Part shown: in pieces, positions 57,961 through 64,000 of the stretch
Numbering within the stretch: position 1 is the stretch's first letter
How the letters are laid out: the number at the start of each line of letters is the position of its first letter
NCBI GenBank assembly: GCA_024693345.1
Contig: JAILLB010000122.1
Coordinates: 38,523-102,522, forward strand
DNA from: Clostridiales bacterium
GTDB taxonomy: Bacteria; Bacillota; Clostridia; Oscillospirales; CAG-272
Direction: 5' to 3'
Length of the DNA: 64,000 bases
Program-made: the position numbers and the translations under genes
The notes under the pieces: generated by a model
The model's input: the letters and a program-made list of their open reading frames with translations, nothing else
Database searches by the model: none
Told to the model about the DNA's origin: nothing

Positions 57961-59364
57961 ATGTCAAAATCAATTTCCGAATTGCGCAAAATGCTGAATC
58001 AAAGAACCAATGATGCGACATCAGTGCTTAAAAAAAACGAGAAACTATCTGCTCGTCAGAGAATGGATGTCATCTTTGATCAGGGTACTTTTGTTGAAAT
58101 AGGCGCCTTTGTAGGCAGCGGAGATGCTGAATCGGCTGACGGATATGGTGCCGTCATTACAGGGTATGGTTCAATTGACGGATATCTTGTATTTGCTTTT
58201 GCTCAGGATTACTCCAGACTGCATGGCGCTATGAGTGTTGAACAAACCGCAAAAATAGCCAATGTTATTCAAATGGCTGCTGAAAAAGGAACACCTCTCA
58301 TTGGTGTGTTTGACAGTGCAGGAGCCAAGATAGATGATGGTATCGCCACACTTGACAATCTCGGAATCGCAATATCCACTCTTACAGAGTGCAAGTTGGA
58401 TGAACCGACTATAGCAGTGATATCCGGTCCGTGCGGTGGAGCTGCAGCTGTATTCGCTTCCCTGTTTGATTACAAGATCATTGCCAAGAAGTCTGGTTCT
58501 TTATACATGACTCCTAAGATCGTTCTTGAAAACAAAGAACTAATAGAAGCAGATGAGCTTCTCGGAAACGGATTTGTTGATTTGGTTGCCGACAATGATG
58601 AAGCAGCCTGCAAGGAAGCAGCGGATATATGCAGATATTATTCCACAACATTTGTCGACAATAACAACGATTCACCGGAACGTGAATTTTCCGCCTCTGT
58701 TCTCTCTGGAGATTATGACATGCATGATGTCATTAACGAACTGGTTGACAAAGGAACATTCAAGGAACTGCAGTCAACACACGCCAAAGCCATGATAACA
58801 GGTCTTGGTTTCATAGATGGAATTCTTTGTGGAATAGTTGCCAACAACAGAGTCAAGAACGGAGGAAAGATTTGTCCTTGCGCTGCAAAGAAAGCATCTG
58901 AATTCATCAATATGCTCAACAGAACATGCCTTCCTGTGGTAACTCTAGTTGACAGCGAAGGTGTAGTAACAGCGGATAAAGCTGAACTGAAAGGACTTGC
59001 AAAAAACCTGGCCGGTCTATGCGAAGCATATTCAGATATATCTATCAACGGATGCTCAGGAGTCACAGTAGTGATCGGAAATGCTTTTGGAACAGCATTG
59101 TCTGCAATGGGTTCAAAATCCCTCGGAATCTCAATGTCATACGCACTTGACAACGCCAGAATTGGTGTAATCAACCCAATGACGGCAGTTGAGTTTTTGG
59201 ATAAAGTTGAAGACGAATCAAAATCAAAAGAGACAGCTAAAGAGTGGGCTGATAAATATTCCAGTCCTCTTGCAGCAGCTCGAGAGGGGTTCGTTGATGA
59301 TATCATAGAGACAAGTGAACTCAGGGCTAGGGTTGCCGCTTCCCTATTGATGCTTCAAACATAA
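57961..59364 (+). CDS. Acyl-CoA carboxyltransferase (12S / MmdA / PccB family), divergent and short (467 aa)
   Basis: Carboxyl-transferase N and C halves are recognisable: SAGAKIDDGI (family GGARIQEG), GPCGGAAAVFASLFD (family GPCAGGAVY), PVVTLVDSEG (family P.V.L.DVPGF). Confidence 0.75.
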   Translation: MSKSISELRKMLNQRTNDATSVLKKNEKLSARQRMDVIFDQGTFVEIGAFVGSGDAESADGYGAVITGYGSIDGYLVFAFAQDYSRLHGAMSVEQTAKIANVIQMAAEKGTPLIGVFDSAGAKIDDGIATLDNLGIAISTLTECKLDEPTIAVISGPCGGAAAVFASLFDYKIIAKKSGSLYMTPKIVLENKELIEADELLGNGFVDLVADNDEAACKEAADICRYYSTTFVDNNNDSPEREFSASVLSGDYDMHDVINELVDKGTFKELQSTHAKAMITGLGFIDGILCGIVANNRVKNGGKICPCAAKKASEFINMLNRTCLPVVTLVDSEGVVTADKAELKGLAKNLAGLCEAYSDISINGCSGVTVVIGNAFGTALSAMGSKSLGISMSYALDNARIGVINPMTAVEFLDKVEDESKSKETAKEWADKYSSPLAAAREGFVDDIIETSELRARVAASLLMLQT

Positions 59365-59375
59365 AGGAGGATGTC

Positions 59376-59681
59376 ATGGGCGAAACACTATTAGGCGGTC
59401 TTAAGGTCCTTGGCCTGGGAATGCTAATCATCCTCTCGATGATAGCAATAATATTTATGATTATCAGATTTATTTTCCCTCTTCTTGCAAAATTATCAAA
59501 CAAAACAAGCAAAAAGGAAAAGAAAAAGGAGCCTTTGATTGAGACTCCACCGACAACAAACATAATTGCCAACATTGAAGAAGACGAAGACGAAATAATT
59601 GCTGTAATAACAGCTGCAATTGCTGCTTCAACAAGCAAACCGGCAAAGTCTTTCCGTGTTGTTAGCTTTAAAAGAATTTAG
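59376..59681 (+). CDS. OadG-family small subunit of Na+-translocating decarboxylase (gamma/delta)
   Basis: 101 aa. One N-terminal TM helix and C-terminal IIAVITAAIAA motif. Positioned as mmdD/oadG. Confidence 0.75.
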   Translation: MGETLLGGLKVLGLGMLIILSMIAIIFMIIRFIFPLLAKLSNKTSKKEKKKEPLIETPPTTNIIANIEEDEDEIIAVITAAIAASTSKPAKSFRVVSFKRI

Positions 59682-59690
59682 GAGAATGTC

Positions 59691-60053
59691 ATGAAAAACT
59701 ACAGAATAACAGTAAATGGAAAAACATATGAAGTGACAGTTGAAGAAACTGATGGAGTAAGTGCTCCAGTTCAGGAACAAGCAAAACCATCTGAACCGGC
59801 TCCGCAGCCGAAACAGGCTCCCGCCGCTCCTGCCACAGGAAAAGCTAATGTCTCAGCTCCGATGCCTGGAACTGTCCTCAGAGTTAACGTTTCAAATGGA
59901 CAAAGTGTTAAAAAAGGTGATGTCCTTCTTGTTCTCGAAGCCATGAAAATGGAAAACGAAATCACATCTCCGGAAGACGGAACAATTGCTTCTGTCGCAG
60001 TCACAAAAGGCGCTTCCGTAAACTCAGGCGATCTTTTAGTGGTAATAGCATAG
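59691..60053 (+). CDS. Biotin carboxyl carrier protein (biotinyl/lipoyl domain)
   Basis: 120 aa. Ala/Pro-rich linker ([13 protein letters not shown]) and biotinylation motif EAMKMENEI. Confidence 0.9.
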   Translation: MKNYRITVNGKTYEVTVEETDGVSAPVQEQAKPSEPAPQPKQAPAAPATGKANVSAPMPGTVLRVNVSNGQSVKKGDVLLVLEAMKMENEITSPEDGTIASVAVTKGASVNSGDLLVVIA

Positions 60054-60080
60054 TTTTCTCTTAGTTTCGGAGGTATCAAA

Positions 60081-61283
60081 TTGGCTGAATTATTTAAGAC
60101 GATATGGGAAACAACGGGAATCAGCCAGTTCTCTGATGTCGAACTTTTAATAAAAACACTGATAATGTATGTCATTGTGGGAGTTCTTGTTTATCTTGCT
60201 GTTGTCAAGAAATATGAGCCTCTGCTTCTTCTCCCCATTGCAATCGGAATGCTTCTCGCTAACCTTCCGGGAGCGAACCTGTTCCATATGGATTTGTTTA
60301 TGGGAGACAATTTCAGTGTCGGAAAAGTATTGACTGAGGGTGGATTGGTAGACATCCTTTACCTGGGCGTCAAGCTCGGTATTTACCCATCAATCATATT
60401 CCTTGGCGTCGGTGCTATGACCGACTTCTCTCCTTTGATTGCAAACCCGGTTACATTCTTCCTCGGTGGTGCTGCTCAATTCGGTGTATTTGCCGCATTT
60501 ATGTTTGCACTAGTACTTGGGTTCAATGTTGACGAAGCTGCAGCAATTGGAATTATCGGAGGAGCCGACGGACCAACGGCTATACTGGTCACAAAGGAAC
60601 TTGCACCTCAATTGCTTGGTGCAATTGCCATAGCGGCATATTCGTATATGGCACTGATTCCAATGATCCAGCCGCCGCTTATGCGTCTTCTTACAACAAA
60701 GAAAGAGCGCACTATAAGAATGAAACAGTTAAGACCTGTTTCAAAACTCGAAAAAATAGCATTTCCTATAATCGTAATTATTCTTGTGGTATTGCTTCTC
60801 CCCGAAGCTGCTCCGCTTATAGGATTTTTAATGTTCGGTAACCTTCTTACAGTTTCAGGAGTAACAGAGAGACTGTCCAAGACCGTTCAGAACGAACTAA
60901 TGAACATTACGACTGTCATGCTCGGTATTTCAGTCGGTGCCACAGCAAGTGCGGAAAACTTCCTTGCTTGGGACACCTTAAAGATAATAATTCTCGGACT
61001 CGGTGCATTCTGCCTGTCAACCATAGGTGGATTGCTCGGTGGAAAGATTCTGTGTATCATAACACGTGGAAAGATTAATCCGCTAATAGGTTCTGCAGGT
61101 GTTTCTGCAGTTCCAATGGCAGCGAGAGTATCCCAGGACGTCGGCAAGAAATATGACCCAAACAACTATCTTCTCATGCATGCTATGGGACCGAATGTCG
61201 CAGGGGTTATAGGCTCCGCGATTGCTGCAGGAATATTCCTTGCTCTGTCAAGATCAGGCGTTCTCGCCACATTGTTCAGTTAA
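60081..61283 (+). CDS. Na+-translocating decarboxylase beta subunit (OadB/MmdB/GcdB family)
   Basis: 400 aa polytopic membrane protein. Family-typical [18 protein letters not shown] and GAMTDF regions. TTG start. Confidence 0.88.
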   Translation: MAELFKTIWETTGISQFSDVELLIKTLIMYVIVGVLVYLAVVKKYEPLLLLPIAIGMLLANLPGANLFHMDLFMGDNFSVGKVLTEGGLVDILYLGVKLGIYPSIIFLGVGAMTDFSPLIANPVTFFLGGAAQFGVFAAFMFALVLGFNVDEAAAIGIIGGADGPTAILVTKELAPQLLGAIAIAAYSYMALIPMIQPPLMRLLTTKKERTIRMKQLRPVSKLEKIAFPIIVIILVVLLLPEAAPLIGFLMFGNLLTVSGVTERLSKTVQNELMNITTVMLGISVGATASAENFLAWDTLKIIILGLGAFCLSTIGGLLGGKILCIITRGKINPLIGSAGVSAVPMAARVSQDVGKKYDPNNYLLMHAMGPNVAGVIGSAIAAGIFLALSRSGVLATLFS

Positions 61284-61297
61284 TGTTGGAAAGGTGA

Positions 61298-62698
61298 TTG
61301 AATATGGCAAAAGTTAAAATATGTGAAACTGTTTTGAGAGATGCTCACCAGTCTCTCGTGGCAACAAGAATGACATACGACCAGATGGCTCCTATTCTTG
61401 AAGAAATGGACAAGGTCGGTTACCATGCTTTGGAAGCATGGGGCGGTGCTACGTTTGATTCATGTCTGAGATTTTTGGATGAAGATCCATGGGACAGACT
61501 GCGCAAGATCAGAGCAGCCGTGAAGAACACAAAACTGCAGATGCTTTTCAGAGGTCAGAATATTTTGGGATATCGCCACTATTCTGATGATGTTGTAGAA
61601 TATTTTGTTCAAAAGTCCATTGCAAACGGAATAGATATTATAAGAATCTTTGATGCACTTAATGATCCAAGAAACCTTGAAACCGCAATTAAAGCAACAA
61701 AAAAAGAAGGCGGACATGTTCAGGCCGCAATCAGTTACACAACAAGTCCTGTCCACTCAAATGAAGGATTTGCTGAATATGCTAAACAACTCGAATCTAT
61801 GGGTGCTGATTCCATATGTGTAAAAGACATGGCAGGACTTCTGACCCCATACAATGCATATGATTTGGTAAAGACACTGAAATCCACTGTATCCATTCCG
61901 CTAGAGCTTCATACCCACTATACTACCGGTCTTGCATCAATGACATTATTGAAGGCTATTGAAGCTGGATGCGACATAGTAGATACGGCAATTTCTCCTT
62001 TGGCAATGGGTACAAGCCAGGCACCGACAGAATCAATTGTTGCAGCATTGGCAGGCACGGAATATGACACAGGACTCGACCTCAATCAACTGAACAAAGT
62101 TGCAGTTCACTTTACAAAGGTTCGCGAAGACTTTATTAAGAGCGGAAGACTCGATCCGAAAGTTTTGAAGGTCAATGTCAATACATTGCGCTATCAGGTA
62201 CCGGGCGGTATGTATTCAAATCTTCTCTCACAGTTGAAACAAGCTGGAAAATCTGACAAACTTGAAGAAGTATTGGCAGAAGTTCCGAATGTAAGAGCTG
62301 ATGCGGGATATCCTCCGCTTGTCACTCCCACATCCCAGATTGTAGGCACTCAGGCTGTGTTTAACGTAATCATGGGTGAAAGATACAAGATGGTAACAAA
62401 AGAGTTTAAAGGCGTTGTAAAAGGCGAATACGGAAAAACTCCGGTAGACATAGATCCCGAATTCAGAAAGAAAATCATAGGCGACGAAGAAGCAATTACA
62501 TGCAGACCGGCAGACATGCTCAAGCCTGAGCTCGAAAAGCTTCGTGAGGAAGTCAAAAAATGGTCAATACAAGACGAGGATGTTCTCACCTATGCATTGT
62601 TTGAGCAGGTTGCAATTGATTTCTTTGAGAAAAGAAAAGCAAAAATGTACGGAATTGACGAGAATTCCGACAAAGAAAACAAATTACACATTGTATAA
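61298..62698 (+). CDS. Oxaloacetate decarboxylase alpha / pyruvate carboxyltransferase (5S-type) subunit, without a biotinyl domain
   Basis: KICETVLRDAHQSLVATRM start (HMGL-like TIM barrel) and LELHTHYTTGLA. 466 aa, ending without an AMKM domain. Confidence 0.88.
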   Translation: MNMAKVKICETVLRDAHQSLVATRMTYDQMAPILEEMDKVGYHALEAWGGATFDSCLRFLDEDPWDRLRKIRAAVKNTKLQMLFRGQNILGYRHYSDDVVEYFVQKSIANGIDIIRIFDALNDPRNLETAIKATKKEGGHVQAAISYTTSPVHSNEGFAEYAKQLESMGADSICVKDMAGLLTPYNAYDLVKTLKSTVSIPLELHTHYTTGLASMTLLKAIEAGCDIVDTAISPLAMGTSQAPTESIVAALAGTEYDTGLDLNQLNKVAVHFTKVREDFIKSGRLDPKVLKVNVNTLRYQVPGGMYSNLLSQLKQAGKSDKLEEVLAEVPNVRADAGYPPLVTPTSQIVGTQAVFNVIMGERYKMVTKEFKGVVKGEYGKTPVDIDPEFRKKIIGDEEAITCRPADMLKPELEKLREEVKKWSIQDEDVLTYALFEQVAIDFFEKRKAKMYGIDENSDKENKLHIV

Positions 62699-62703
62699 GC
62701 AAA

Positions 62704-62740
62704 AATCGGCAGGTTTCCCTGCCGATTCTTTTGCTTTTTT
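62704..62740. terminator. Bidirectional terminator between the decarboxylase operon and mtnN
   Basis: 10-bp stem AATCGGCAGG / CCTGCCGATT, 4-nt loop, then CTTTTGCTTTTTT. A-run upstream. Confidence 0.88.
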
Positions 62741-62741
62741 A

Positions 62742-63434
62742 CTATTTCAGTAGTTTTAAAATTACATTTGTAGATTTATCTGCCGCCATCTTTGTAAAAG
62801 AAAAAAAGTCCATATTTGAATTCTCATCAGCTCCGTCTGAGATGCTTCTAAGAATACAGAATTTTACGTTTGCCACGTAGCAAACATGTGCCACAGCAGC
62901 ACCTTCCATCTCAGCCACAATGCCACCAAAATTCTTGACTATTCTGTCTTTTGCTTCTTTTGAACTTATAAACTGATCACCTGAGGCAATGGTTCCGATT
63001 CTATAACTGTAATTCAATTCCTTGATTGCTTTCTCAAGACGGTCACGTACAGTTTTATCTGCATCAAAGAAAGTCTTGTCTGTTCCGCTTATATATCCTA
63101 TTGGATCACCTAGATAAGATGTGTCAACGTCGTGCTGAACGAGACGGTCTGAAATGACAATATCACCCAATTTAAGAGTGCTGTCAAGAGCACCGCCAAC
63201 ACCTACGTTGATTATAACATCAGGAGTAAAAGTCATTATCATTGTCTGAGCACAAATTGCTGCATTTACCTTCCCCATTCCGCAAATTGATACAACCACT
63301 TTTTTCTTGCCGATTGTTCCGAAATTGTACATAATGCCGAAAAGATTTGTTGATTTGCAATTCTCAATATGAGATATAATGCCTTCGGCTTCCAGTTTTA
63401 ATGCGCAAATAATACCGTAATTAACTTTTTCCAT
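62742..63434 (-). CDS. mtnN: 5'-methylthioadenosine / S-adenosylhomocysteine nucleosidase
   Basis: 230 aa. GIICALKLEA start, GMGKVNAA and EMEGAAVAHVC motifs. Confidence 0.9.
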   Translation of the reverse strand: MEKVNYGIICALKLEAEGIISHIENCKSTNLFGIMYNFGTIGKKKVVVSICGMGKVNAAICAQTMIMTFTPDVIINVGVGGALDSTLKLGDIVISDRLVQHDVDTSYLGDPIGYISGTDKTFFDADKTVRDRLEKAIKELNYSYRIGTIASGDQFISSKEAKDRIVKNFGGIVAEMEGAAVAHVCYVANVKFCILRSISDGADENSNMDFFSFTKMAADKSTNVILKLLK

Positions 63435-63583
63435 GTGTCATTGCCTCCACTTGCTATATCATTTTACTAGAAATAATTTCCTTTTTCCATATGATATATA
63501 CAAATTCGCGCCATTTTGTTCATTTTGACAACAAATTTGGTAAAATACCCTATTTTTTCTACTTTTTAATGAATACATAATTG

Positions 63584-63612
63584 TTGAATAGTTACAAATC
63601 GCGTATTAAAAT
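63584..63612 (+). promoter_or_regulatory. Sigma-A type promoter upstream of xpt
   Basis: TTGAAT (63584-89), 17-nt spacer, TAAAAT (63607-12). This leaves only a ~30-nt leader before ATG 63650. Confidence 0.55.
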
Positions 63613-63649
63613 ATAAGTAGACTTGGCGTGGGGAGATTTTATATATTTT

Positions 63650-64000
63650 ATGGAGTTACTCGAAGCAAGAATTATAAAAGAAGGCATAGTTGCTAATGGT
63701 GATATACTCAAAGTAGGTAGCTTTCTCAACCAGCAAATGGACATCCCGTTTGTTGGTAAACTTGCAAACGAGATTTATACTCTTTACAAAGACAGCCATG
63801 TTAACAAGGTTCTGACAATTGAAGCATCAGGTATCTGCATCGCTGCCCTCACTGCACAGAAATTCAACTGTAATGCTATATTTGCAAAGAAGAACGCAAC
63901 TTCAAACATTCAGGGCGAGTGCTACTCTACCCATCTGCACTCATACACGCATAATAATGATTACTCGGTCATTGTACCCAAAGACTATCTTGGAAAAAAT
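63650..64000 (+). CDS. xpt: Xanthine phosphoribosyltransferase (3' end outside the window)
   Basis: My translation is MELLEARIIKEGIVANGDILKVGSFLNQQMD...VLTIEASGI, a typical Xpt N-terminus. GGGGAG RBS. The frame is open to base 64000. Confidence 0.88.
   Translation, partial: MELLEARIIKEGIVANGDILKVGSFLNQQMDIPFVGKLANEIYTLYKDSHVNKVLTIEASGICIAALTAQKFNCNAIFAKKNATSNIQGECYSTHLHSYTHNNDYSVIVPKDYLGKN

Noticed and set aside
63435-63649. Purine (guanine) riboswitch upstream of xpt, as in Bacillus
   Set aside because: I could not find the conserved P1/J1-2/J2-3 core (UAUAAUCGCGUGGAUAUGGCACGCAAGUUUCUACCGGGCA-like). The best promoter candidate leaves only a ~30-nt leader. A covariance-model scan (Rfam RF00167) would settle it.

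Overview
This is a chromosomal window from a low-GC Firmicute. The Clostridia-like assignment is an inference from gene order and protein signatures. I call about 60 CDS, 2 tRNAs, and several sigma-A-type promoters and rho-independent terminators. Almost everything is core housekeeping. The blocks are pyrH-frr-uppS-cdsA-dxr-rseP-ispG-polC; hup-S4-divIC; relA-dtd-hemZ-like; recJ; cdaA; ispD-ispF; darA-holB-ricT; dnaG-rpoD; hflX-yigZ; rpmE; murD-rsmA; an ABC-F ATPase; cmk-plsC-ispH-rpsA; tmcAL; ackA; mtnN; and xpt. Five of the seven MEP-pathway genes lie in the window. I saw no IS or transposase, phage gene, CRISPR-cas, toxin-antitoxin pair or recognisable defence system, and no clear-cut novel multi-gene system. 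The observations that housekeeping annotation does not explain are, in order of interest: (1) six same-orientation bipartite ~37-bp repeats in a 750-bp AT-rich gap between convergent genes (13.98-14.54 kb); four copies start with ATG and keep one reading frame. (2) Two tandem group-1-like sigma-70 genes downstream of dnaG; the distal one has a ~190-aa lysine-rich tail. (3) A Na+-decarboxylase operon with two different carboxyltransferases, a divergent 12S-like one and a 5S-like one without a biotin domain. (4) An ATP-grasp ligase, aspartate racemase and non-DAP-type MurE cluster that predicts a D-Asp peptidoglycan cross-bridge. (5) An orphan 1080-aa lipoprotein. (6) A serine-acetyltransferase-like::HAD phosphatase fusion at the left edge. 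Smaller oddities are an orphan Fe-S hydro-lyase alpha subunit, a 68-aa membrane peptide coupled to cdaA where cdaR is expected, a 7-codon uORF abutting an RBS-less EamA start, and a tRNA-Gly(CCC) with C at T-loop position 55. All functional calls rest on motifs read by eye from the ORF translations. No database search was run.
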